Source: an uncultured virus (IMG/VR IMGVR_UViG_3300010346_002895) (taxonomy: Duplodnaviria; Heunggongvirae; Uroviricota; Caudoviricetes). From it: 64,000 nt of DNA. Under the pieces are notes generated by a model. That model saw only the letters and a list, made by a program, of their open reading frames with translations. It did not search any database and was not told the origin of the DNA. The stretch's first letter is position 1; each line of letters starts with the position of its first letter. Made by a program: the position numbers and the translations under genes. Location: IMG/VR virus record IMGVR_UViG_3300010346_002895. One strand, given 5' to 3'. This document shows, one piece after another, positions 30,889 through 39,179 of the stretch.

Positions 30889-31235
30889 TGAAAATACGGT
30901 ATTTCATCGAGTACAAGCGGCCTGATCCGAACAAGTGGGAGTTCATTCCCATCGGCGTCTGGGCGCACGGCGTGGACGACCACTCGGCGTTCGAGGTTGG
31001 GTATGTGCAAGGGTTCGACGCCGAGGATTGGGACGCCCAGTGTGTGATTAACCGGATCGTGGAACAGGGAATCCGGGAACTGCCGGAGGATTTTCTTGAA
31101 CGGCATCGGGACGCAGTTCCTGTTTATCTCGGTTCGCGCACAAAGGTGTTCGAGACGGACAAATATGCCAGCGTGACGGAACTGGTCAACGATCTGCTGG
31201 AACAGATCAGGAAGGGGAAATTCAACAATGCATAA
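30888..31235 (+). CDS. Hypothetical protein, candidate immunity protein
   Basis: Translationally coupled (TGATG), acidic 115 aa. Confidence 0.65.
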   Translation: MKIRYFIEYKRPDPNKWEFIPIGVWAHGVDDHSAFEVGYVQGFDAEDWDAQCVINRIVEQGIRELPEDFLERHRDAVPVYLGSRTKVFETDKYASVTELVNDLLEQIRKGKFNNA

Positions 31236-31374
31236 AATCATCGCCTTCCTTCAGAAACTGCTCTCGGAGCGTTTTTACGGTCAGGTCGTTTTCCGATTCG
31301 AGAACGGAAAAATCACGCATGTGGAGAAAATAAAAACGGAAGCGAAATGGGAGTTTAAGAACTTGCCGGAATAA
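31228..31374 (+). CDS. 48-aa DUF2292-like protein (absent from ORF track)
   Basis: MHKIIAFLQKLLSERFYGQVVFRFENGKITHVEKIKTEAKWEFKNLPE; AAGGGG RBS. Confidence 0.7.
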   Translation: MHKIIAFLQKLLSERFYGQVVFRFENGKITHVEKIKTEAKWEFKNLPE

Positions 31375-31381
31375 CCTGACG

Positions 31382-31490
31382 AAAAACCAGTCCGGAAGTG
31401 TTGAAAGCCGAGCCCGGTAAATAAGCCCGGAAGCGTCGGCCCAAGCCCGGTGACATGCGAGAGATCGCGCGTTGCCGGGCTTTTTATTTT
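31382..31490 (+). ncRNA. Structured cis-regulatory element with terminator, copy 1
   Basis: Four AGYCCGG repeats, GCCGA/TCGGC stem, long hairpin with GAGA loop, T tract; homologous copy at 50543-50653. Confidence 0.7.
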
Positions 31491-31505
31491 TCCGCGAGGT
31501 GCGCA

Positions 31506-34500
31506 ATGGAAACAGACAACTTTAAAACCGATCTTGAAAAAATACAGTTTCTTCTCGAAGCCGACGCGGAACTGCGCCTCGGCCTTCTTGTCGCCGAGGG
31601 CAAGCTGGAACTTGTCACCGAGGAGCTGCCCGCTGAGGAGCGCCCGAAGTATATCACCAATTTCATCGGCTCGAAGCAGAAGCTCGTTGACTGGATATGG
31701 GGCAACACGCCGGAAGACGCGGAATCCGTCTTCGACGCTTTTTCCGGCTCCTCCGTCGTCGGGTACATGTACAAAACCAAGGGGCTGCGGGTGTTTTCGA
31801 ACGACCGGCTGTCTTATTGTTACCATGCCGCCCGTGCCATCGTTGAAAACAACAACACGCGCCTCTCCGAAAAAGACATCGAGGGGCTGCTCAAAGATCA
31901 CAACTCCGAAGCCGGGACGTTCATCCAGAAGACATACCACGGCATCTTCTTCAAGAACGATGTCCTTGCCCTCCTGGATGTGCTTCGCGCCAACATTGAT
32001 GCTCTGTCCGGCACAAAAAAGAGCATGGCGCTGTTCGCGCTGGGTAAGACGTGCATGTCCGGCGGCGGGTTCGGGCATTTCTCGTCCACGACAAAGGGCG
32101 GACAGCGGCACTACACAACCGAGAGTTTTATCGAGCACTACCGAGACAATCTCTATCGCATCAACGCGCTCGTCTTCGACAACGGGAAGGAAAACAAGGC
32201 ATTCAACGGCGACATCCTCGACATCGCCCCGAAAGTCAAAGCCGACCTCGTTTATTTCGATCCGCCTTATGCCACGGAGTTCAGTTCCACGAATTACGAG
32301 AAGTATTACCACTTTGTGGAAGGACTGATGGACTACTGGAAGGACAAAGAGATCGACCACACCAAAAAAATCCGCAATTACAAAATCGAAGACACAGGCG
32401 TCACGCCCGCGACCGCGAAACAGTTCTTCACCGATTTTCTAACCGCTTCGAAGCACATTCCCAACTGGCTTATCTCCTACCGGGACAACGCCTATCCGAC
32501 CGAGTCCGAGATCAAGGGGCTTATCGCGGACCTCGGAAAAGAGTCCCGCATGAAGTCGAAGGATCACAAATACCAGCTCGCGGGCAAGAACCGCCAGGGC
32601 GATCCCTCGAACGCGAAGGAACGCCTGTTCGTGTGCGCTGACGCCGGAGAGGACGACGCGGGACTGTCCGCCGTCGCCAACATGGAGGACATCGCCGATC
32701 TGTCGCACGATGCCGATTTCGATCCGGATGTCCTGAGCGCCATCGCGGGAAAAACGGAAAACATTCTCGTGACCGGGTTCATCGGAAACAAGCACTTCAT
32801 CATGAACTGGATCGATAAAAACTTCCCGAAAGACGCGAAGAGCCTCTTTGACGCTTTTTCCGGCGGCGCGAACGTCGCCTATTTCTACAAACGCAAGGGG
32901 CTGCGTGTAATTACCAACGACATCATGCGCTACCCGTACCACATCGCCCGGGCCGTCATCGAGAACAACACGGAAACCCTCTCCGACGAGGAACTGGAAG
33001 CGCTGATTGAAAAGCACTCCGACGCCGGGACGTTCACCACCGACACGTTCTACGGCTACTACTACACGAAGCCGATCCTCCAGTTCCTCGACACCGTATG
33101 GGCGAATGCCCGGAAACTCAAAGGCTACAAGAAGGACATCGCGCTCGCGGCGCTCGGGCACACCTGCAAGGCCAAGGCCGTGTTCGGGATGTTCAACCGC
33201 AGCAAGATGAACCGGACGCGGAATATAAGCGATCTGGCCGAGGGCTATCGCTCGTCCAGCATCGGGAACATCCCGATTTCCGAGTTCGTCACCGCCTTTA
33301 AAAAATACGTCCGCCAGATAAACGGCCTTGTTTACGACAACGGGCAGGAGAACAAGGCGCACAACTGCGACGTCCTCAAAATTCTTCCCGAAGTAAAAGC
33401 CGACGTCATCTACTGTGATCCGCCTTATATCACCGAGTTTCTGCGGAATGACTATGAGGATTATTACCACTTCGTGGAAGGCCTCATGACCCGGTGGGAA
33501 GGGAAAGAAATTCTCGACACGCCCCGGCACAACTTCGCGTCCCGCACCAAGTATGACAAGGACAGCATCCGCGAACTGCTCGGCAATGTCGTCACCGCCG
33601 CGGCGAAAAACTTCCCGCACATTCTCATCAGCTACCGGGACAAGGCGTTCCCGACAGAAAAGGAAATGAAAGAGATGGTATCTGGTTCCTTCGGCGACGT
33701 GAAAGTGAAGCGCATCGCCGTTGAATACAACATCGTCAAAAAGGAATCCGACGCGGGCGGCAAATACGCGAACGAGCTTCTTTTCATAGGCAAAAAGACA
33801 TCCGCCGGCGCGGCAAAGGCCGGGCGCGAAGACGACGACATCCTGGATGCGATTGCCGATTCCGACTTCAAGATGAAGACGCAGAAAAATTCCCAGATCA
33901 CGCTGGGGCATTCCATTCTTCACCGCTGGTACGCCGCCGGGTGGGATTCAGAGGGCAAAAACGAAACCACCACGTGGACGCGGGAACAGGTCGTCACGGA
34001 ACACACGCGCCTGCACAAACTGGCGCTCGAGCGGAACCTTGTCTTCTCTTTCATTCCCGGCAGCGTGGACGAGACGCTTCCCGATGAATTGAAAAAGCAA
34101 ATAAAAGAAAAATTCGAGCAATCCAACGCTGCGGCGGCGTCCGTTCAGACCCACCCCGAGAACCACACAACCATAATCGGCGACATCCGGCTCGACGGCG
34201 TGAATTTGCTCGCCGCCGAGGGAATCAGTCTGTCCGACAACAACGTTGCGGGCGACAAGGAATTCAGTTTCATCCTCACGCACGCGGGGCCGAACAAGAA
34301 CGGCGATTACTTCAACGTCGAGGAACTCTCCGCGCGGCACCAGACGGCGATCAACAAAAAGATCGACCTTAAACACTCACAGGATTTCACGGACATCGTC
34401 GGCGGCGTCATAGCGAGTGACTTCGTTCAGGAGGGGGAGAAGGCGTGGGTGGAATGCGTCGGGGAGCTTTATACGAACGACAACATCAACTCACGGCTCG

Positions 34501-35366
34501 CGTACAAGCTGATCAAAAAGGGCATCATCACGCAAGTCTCGATGGAGTGCGATTACGAGGAAGGCGAATGCTCGATCTGCGGGAAGCGCGTGCGCACCAA
34601 GGCGGATTACTGCATCCATCTGAAGAAATACAAGGGAGGTGAATTCAAGGGGCAACCCGTTTACGAAATTCTCCACGGCATCACCTTTACGGGACTCGGC
34701 CTGCTGGACCGCAAGGGCGCCGACGAGAACGCGAGGATAAAGCAGGTTGCGGAAAAACACACCAATGAAGGAGGTAGCAACGGTATGGACAGTGAAAACA
34801 AGAATCCCGAAACCGAGGAAACCGAGGCGGCGAAAAACAAAGCGCCCGGCGGCGGCGGAGACAATAGCGCCCGCCTGAAGGAACTCGAGAAGGAGAACAA
34901 AGACCTGAAAGCCAAGCTCGATGAGGTCCAGAAGGAACTGGACAAGCTGCGCGAAGAACAGGCTGCGGCGGCGCGCCGGACACGCTCGGAAAAACTCGTC
35001 AAGGAGATGGAGAACCGGGGCATCGAGTTCGAGGGCGATGACGACCGCGAGACCGAATTGAAACGGCTGGCGGGACTCACCGACGACGCTTTCTCGGCCA
35101 CCGAGGCCGCGGTGAAGCGCGTGAAAAAGCCCAAAGACCAGAAGGAGGAGCCGAACCCGGACGAGAATCCGGAGGACGAGGACAAGAAGAAGGAGAAGGA
35201 CAAGAAACAGCCGCCCAAGAAGAGCAAGGCCGACTCCGGCGGCGGTATGAGCGCGGACGCGGACGTGCGCCCGTTCGATGTCGAGGACGGCGACAAACCC
35301 CTCGAGGAAAAGCTGAAATCCGGCTTCATGGCGGCGTACAACGAGCGCGTCGGCGCGGACAACTGA
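31506..35366 (+). CDS. Fusion: two D12-class N6-adenine DNA methyltransferases + prohead protease + scaffold
   Basis: FIGSK..FDAFSGS..DPPY (32259) and FIGNK..FDAFSGG..DPPY (33417); NKNGDYF..IDLKH..VSMEC..CSIC..GITFTGLG..GAD; charged coiled-coil tail. Confidence 0.85.
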   Translation: METDNFKTDLEKIQFLLEADAELRLGLLVAEGKLELVTEELPAEERPKYITNFIGSKQKLVDWIWGNTPEDAESVFDAFSGSSVVGYMYKTKGLRVFSNDRLSYCYHAARAIVENNNTRLSEKDIEGLLKDHNSEAGTFIQKTYHGIFFKNDVLALLDVLRANIDALSGTKKSMALFALGKTCMSGGGFGHFSSTTKGGQRHYTTESFIEHYRDNLYRINALVFDNGKENKAFNGDILDIAPKVKADLVYFDPPYATEFSSTNYEKYYHFVEGLMDYWKDKEIDHTKKIRNYKIEDTGVTPATAKQFFTDFLTASKHIPNWLISYRDNAYPTESEIKGLIADLGKESRMKSKDHKYQLAGKNRQGDPSNAKERLFVCADAGEDDAGLSAVANMEDIADLSHDADFDPDVLSAIAGKTENILVTGFIGNKHFIMNWIDKNFPKDAKSLFDAFSGGANVAYFYKRKGLRVITNDIMRYPYHIARAVIENNTETLSDEELEALIEKHSDAGTFTTDTFYGYYYTKPILQFLDTVWANARKLKGYKKDIALAALGHTCKAKAVFGMFNRSKMNRTRNISDLAEGYRSSSIGNIPISEFVTAFKKYVRQINGLVYDNGQENKAHNCDVLKILPEVKADVIYCDPPYITEFLRNDYEDYYHFVEGLMTRWEGKEILDTPRHNFASRTKYDKDSIRELLGNVVTAAAKNFPHILISYRDKAFPTEKEMKEMVSGSFGDVKVKRIAVEYNIVKKESDAGGKYANELLFIGKKTSAGAAKAGREDDDILDAIADSDFKMKTQKNSQITLGHSILHRWYAAGWDSEGKNETTTWTREQVVTEHTRLHKLALERNLVFSFIPGSVDETLPDELKKQIKEKFEQSNAAAASVQTHPENHTTIIGDIRLDGVNLLAAEGISLSDNNVAGDKEFSFILTHAGPNKNGDYFNVEELSARHQTAINKKIDLKHSQDFTDIVGGVIASDFVQEGEKAWVECVGELYTNDNINSRLAYKLIKKGIITQVSMECDYEEGECSICGKRVRTKADYCIHLKKYKGGEFKGQPVYEILHGITFTGLGLLDRKGADENARIKQVAEKHTNEGGSNGMDSENKNPETEETEAAKNKAPGGGGDNSARLKELEKENKDLKAKLDEVQKELDKLREEQAAAARRTRSEKLVKEMENRGIEFEGDDDRETELKRLAGLTDDAFSATEAAVKRVKKPKDQKEEPNPDENPEDEDKKKEKDKKQPPKKSKADSGGGMSADADVRPFDVEDGDKPLEEKLKSGFMAAYNERVGADN

Positions 35367-35395
35367 AAAACGGAAAGGAATGGAGGTAACCGACA

Positions 35396-35755
35396 ATGGC
35401 ATATCTGAACGCGAATCACCCCGGCCTTGCGTATGGCGACGGCTACATGCAGGGCGCGGGGAGCATAGGGCAGTTCGTGAAGGCGGTCGGAGACGACACC
35501 TTCGCGGTGAACACCGATCCGGCTGTTCCGTCCGTGGGCGTCCTGATGAAGGATTACGCCGACGGCGAGATGCCCGCTTTCTGGTGCAACGGCGGGGTGT
35601 ACGAGACCGACGTGTTCAGCGGCACGATCAACCCGAACGAGCTTCTGAAGATCGACGGCAACGGCAAACTCACCGGCGGCGGCACGAGCGCCAACGCGGT
35701 CGCCCAGGCGATCAGTGTCTCCGGCGGCATTCTGAAGTTCAAGCTGCTGGTTTAA
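35396..35755 (+). CDS. Probable head decoration protein
   Basis: 119-aa Gly-rich beta protein between scaffold and capsid genes. Confidence 0.65.
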   Translation: MAYLNANHPGLAYGDGYMQGAGSIGQFVKAVGDDTFAVNTDPAVPSVGVLMKDYADGEMPAFWCNGGVYETDVFSGTINPNELLKIDGNGKLTGGGTSANAVAQAISVSGGILKFKLLV

Positions 35756-35782
35756 CCCACAAGGAAGGAGGACACATCCAGC

Positions 35783-36646
35783 ATGGAAACGAAAAAGGTA
35801 AAAACGGACTCCCAGGAGTTCATGGAAAAGATGGGCAAGCTGATGCGCCAGGCGCTGGAGACGCCCGAGGGAATGCGGGCGCTCGCGGCCGCCATCGCCG
35901 CGCCCATCGAGTCGGACATCGCACGCAAGGAAATCACCTCGCTTCTGCTCACGAAGCACAACCTGCCCAAGGGCGAGCGCGCCGTGTACCAGAAGCGGCC
36001 CCGGCTGAGAGCCTACTTCATTTCGAAGGAAGGCGAGGCGCGGGAACAGGAAGTTGGCAAGGACGAGATTGAAATCCCGACCCACCGCGTCCACAGCGCA
36101 CCGATGGTCGATATCTCGATTTTGAAGCATGGGAATGTCGGAACGCTCACGGACATCCAGACGGCATCCTCGGATGAAATCCGCAAGGAGATCGACAAAC
36201 GCACGATCACCGTCATCTCCGCCGCGGTGCCCGCCGAGAACGTTGTCACTATCTCCGGCGGGGTTCTGACCGAGGACGGCCTCAACGACGCCATCAGCAT
36301 CCTCGAGGACAAGGAACTGACCGTGAAGTACATCGTGCTTCGCGGCAAGCGGTTCAACGAGATGCGCTCGTGGGACCTCGACCCGGTCACCCAGCTCGAA
36401 CTGCGCCAGAAGGGCATCATCAAGGTGTACGGCGGCGCGAACATTCTGCTCACCTCGGCGGCGGACGTGAACGAGATTCTCATCGTCCCGGACGAGGAAA
36501 TCGGCAAAATGCCCGTGCGCGAGCCGCTCACCGCGGAAGCCATCGACAAGAAGCTGAAATTCAAGACCGGCTGGCTCATCTGGAGCGAACTCGGCATGGG
36601 CGTAACCCGCCCGGACATCGTCGCAAAAGTCGTCATCCAGCCGTAA
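35783..36646 (+). CDS. Major capsid protein (probable HK97 fold)
   Basis: Position, size, strong RBS (AAGGAGG), GE-motif E-loop. Confidence 0.8.
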   Translation: METKKVKTDSQEFMEKMGKLMRQALETPEGMRALAAAIAAPIESDIARKEITSLLLTKHNLPKGERAVYQKRPRLRAYFISKEGEAREQEVGKDEIEIPTHRVHSAPMVDISILKHGNVGTLTDIQTASSDEIRKEIDKRTITVISAAVPAENVVTISGGVLTEDGLNDAISILEDKELTVKYIVLRGKRFNEMRSWDLDPVTQLELRQKGIIKVYGGANILLTSAADVNEILIVPDEEIGKMPVREPLTAEAIDKKLKFKTGWLIWSELGMGVTRPDIVAKVVIQP

Positions 36647-36663
36647 GCGGAGGAGGAACACGC

Positions 36664-37023
36664 ATGGCAAAGATCAGAAATCTCACACCCGGCATCCTGC
36701 ACGTTCCCGCGGCGAAGCTGCGCCTTCAGGGCGGCGCGGTCGCCGATGTCGACCGTGTAACGCCGGAGATTCAGAAGCAAATCGACGCGGGCCGCATCGC
36801 GGTTGTCACGGACGACGACGCGGCGAATACGGAAGCGCCCGCGCCGGAACTGCCCGAGCCGCCCGCAGATTTCGACAAGCTGGATGAGGCGGACGCCATC
36901 GAGTACGTCGAGGACGAGACCGACCCGAAAGTCATTCAGTCCATTCTGAACGTGGAAAACCGGCCCGGCGTGATCGAGGCGAGCAAAAACCGGCTGAAGG
37001 AGATAACGGATGCTCGCAAGTGA
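36664..37023 (+). CDS. Hypothetical head-associated protein
   Basis: GGAGG RBS; MAKIRNLTPG start. Confidence 0.7.
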   Translation: MAKIRNLTPGILHVPAAKLRLQGGAVADVDRVTPEIQKQIDAGRIAVVTDDDAANTEAPAPELPEPPADFDKLDEADAIEYVEDETDPKVIQSILNVENRPGVIEASKNRLKEITDARK

Positions 37024-37498
37024 CCTCGTCACGCTTCTGCGGCTCGATATCGGGGACACCGCCGGGGAGATGCTCGGAGACGAGTATCTCGCCCGGTGCG
37101 TGACCCGGGCCGTGTACGCCCTGAACAAGGACGCCGGGACATCGTTCGCGGTAAACGGCGGCGAGGTCACACCCGATCCGTCCGGAGAGGAACAGGAACT
37201 CCTTCTCCTGAGAGCGCACATAAACGTCTGTTCGCTCATGCGCTCGATCACGGCGAACGCCTTCTCGTTTCAGAGCGGCGACAAGCACGTGGACAAGACG
37301 AAACAGCCGTCGTTCTGGGCGGACCTTCAGGGCGATCTGGAGAAGGACTACAAGGATCGCGTGAAGAAGTCCGGGATGGACGGCGGCGGCGGTGAAATCG
37401 TGGATGACCCGGACAGCGGAATCATGGCCGCGCCGGCGGTAAAACCCGTGATCTATGAAAGCGGAATTGCAGAGGACGAGAATGCTGCTCTCGGATAA
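37010..37498 (+). CDS. Probable head-tail adaptor
   Basis: 'LLRLDIGD' N-terminus and position. Confidence 0.6.
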   Translation: MLASDLVTLLRLDIGDTAGEMLGDEYLARCVTRAVYALNKDAGTSFAVNGGEVTPDPSGEEQELLLLRAHINVCSLMRSITANAFSFQSGDKHVDKTKQPSFWADLQGDLEKDYKDRVKKSGMDGGGGEIVDDPDSGIMAAPAVKPVIYESGIAEDENAALG

Positions 37499-37844
37499 GG
37501 ACAAGGCGTTCATCGCGGAATGCACGGCGGAACTCATCACCAGTTCCGGCCAGACGGGCAAGAGGTATGTGCCCGATCCTAACGCTGAGAAGATTTACGG
37601 CACGGACGACGCGCCGTTTATCCTGGACTGTGAATTCCCGTTTGAGTTCGTGGAGACGCCCCCTCAAATCCTCACAACGCAAAAGACGGATGCGGCGATA
37701 TCCGTCCTGCCGGATCAGGAGATCAACGAGGGCGACCATGTCGAGTTTAATGGCGTCCAATACAAGGTACTGACGGTCGAGGCGCTTAACGTGTTCGGCG
37801 TCGTCAGTCACAAGGTGGTGACGGTTGCGAAACTGCACCCATGA
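37482..37844 (+). CDS. Probable head closure protein
   Basis: 'EGDHVEFNGVQYKV' and position. Confidence 0.6.
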   Translation: MLLSDKDKAFIAECTAELITSSGQTGKRYVPDPNAEKIYGTDDAPFILDCEFPFEFVETPPQILTTQKTDAAISVLPDQEINEGDHVEFNGVQYKVLTVEALNVFGVVSHKVVTVAKLHP

Positions 37845-38329
37845 AAGTGAAGAAATTCGGTTATTGGAAAAAGGTCGACAGGGTTCTGAAGAACTGTCTT
37901 CCGGCTAATGTCGAGAAAGTTCTGAAAAAGGCGGCGGAGAAATGCGCCTTGCTTCTCGTGCGCGAGATAAAGATGGGAATCAAGTCCCAGGCTCCCGGCG
38001 GCCAGAAGTTTCAGCCGCTCGCGGAGGCGACCATCGAGAAGAAGGGTTCTTCAAAGGCTCTCATCGACACCGGATTTCTGATCAGCGCGATCACCCAGAA
38101 GATCATGGGCGACAAGGCATTCGTGGGACTACTGAGAGGCACGCGGAACAAGGACGGGGACGAGATCGTGAATATCGGTGCGATCATGGAGTTCGGCGCG
38201 ACAGTGCAGATGCCGAGCGGCGTAACCATCGTGATCCCGGCGCGCCCGTTCATCCATCCGGTTATGGAGCAGCACAGGGACGAGTTAAAGCGGATTTTCG
38301 CGGAGGCGATTCTTGAGCTCTTTGGTTAG
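37841..38329 (+). CDS. Virion morphogenesis / tail completion protein
   Basis: PLAEATIEKKGSSKALIDTG...EFGA...IPARPF. Confidence 0.8.
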   Translation: MKVKKFGYWKKVDRVLKNCLPANVEKVLKKAAEKCALLLVREIKMGIKSQAPGGQKFQPLAEATIEKKGSSKALIDTGFLISAITQKIMGDKAFVGLLRGTRNKDGDEIVNIGAIMEFGATVQMPSGVTIVIPARPFIHPVMEQHRDELKRIFAEAILELFG

Positions 38330-38927
38330 GGAAACAGTCGAGACGCTGATCTGGAAACTTCAGGCGGACGTGACACCGCACACGGTTCTCGTGCCCCCGA
38401 ACGATTACTACGAGATCAAGCACACGCCATCGCTTCTCGTCATAGGCCCGAAGATGGAGGAGAACCGCGCGAAACGTGTATCGGAGAAGATCGTGGTGAT
38501 AGACCGCGATGCGCTCACTTACACGGAGCGCAACTGGCCCCGGTTCTACCATCTTGATTTTGATTTCGTACTCACGGCGGGCAACGGAATGGAACTTCTC
38601 GAACTCCAGGAGAGCCTGATCGCGTTTTTTCTGGACAACATCGCGGTGGCCGTGCCCGTTTCCGCCGGATGGGGACTTGGCCCGTTCGGCATCGAGCCGT
38701 GGGGCTCGGAGGACGGCGCCCTGAAGTTTTATCTCCGAGAGATGATCCCCATCGGCGGGCTGGATCGCCCGAATCTGTCGAACCTGCGGCAGGCGTCCGG
38801 CAGGTATCGCATCGAGGACGTGCCGATCTTCGATCACGTTCTCGAGGAAGGCAAACTCGTTCTTTACCGGGACTTCGTTATCTGCGATTTCAAAACGAGG
38901 ATGCCGGTCGAGACATTTTCACGATAA
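38313..38927 (+). CDS. Probable tail terminator
   Basis: Position before the sheath gene; contains a GWG..WG insert. Confidence 0.55.
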   Translation: MSSLVRETVETLIWKLQADVTPHTVLVPPNDYYEIKHTPSLLVIGPKMEENRAKRVSEKIVVIDRDALTYTERNWPRFYHLDFDFVLTAGNGMELLELQESLIAFFLDNIAVAVPVSAGWGLGPFGIEPWGSEDGALKFYLREMIPIGGLDRPNLSNLRQASGRYRIEDVPIFDHVLEEGKLVLYRDFVICDFKTRMPVETFSR

Positions 38928-38946
38928 CGAAACGAGGTGATACGTT

Positions 38947-39159
38947 TTGAAAAACGTTCTTTTGAAAAATATCTCCGGCGCGCTTCTGCCCGTGAATCTC
39001 GGACGGAACCGGGGTCTGCATCTTCTGGCCGGCGAGACGAAAAGCGTTCCGGCGTCAACGATTGAGAACCCCGACGTATTCCGGCTCTTCCGAAAAGGGT
39101 TCCTCGCGGTCATGGACGAGAAGCCCGCCGCGCCGGAGAAAAAGAAGGGCAAATCCTGA
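38947..39159 (+). CDS. Small hypothetical protein
   Basis: GAGGTGA RBS, TTG start, precedes sheath. Confidence 0.6.
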   Translation: MKNVLLKNISGALLPVNLGRNRGLHLLAGETKSVPASTIENPDVFRLFRKGFLAVMDEKPAAPEKKKGKS

Positions 39160-39179
39160 AAGAGAGGTGATCCATCCTC

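Noticed and set aside
31506..33800. Type II restriction-modification system
   Set aside because: No adjacent endonuclease; the MTases are fused to head-assembly domains
26720..36670. Long antisense ORFs (26720..28654, 32439..33923, 34661..36670 and others)
   Set aside because: Shadows of GC-rich sense genes with no recognisable motifs
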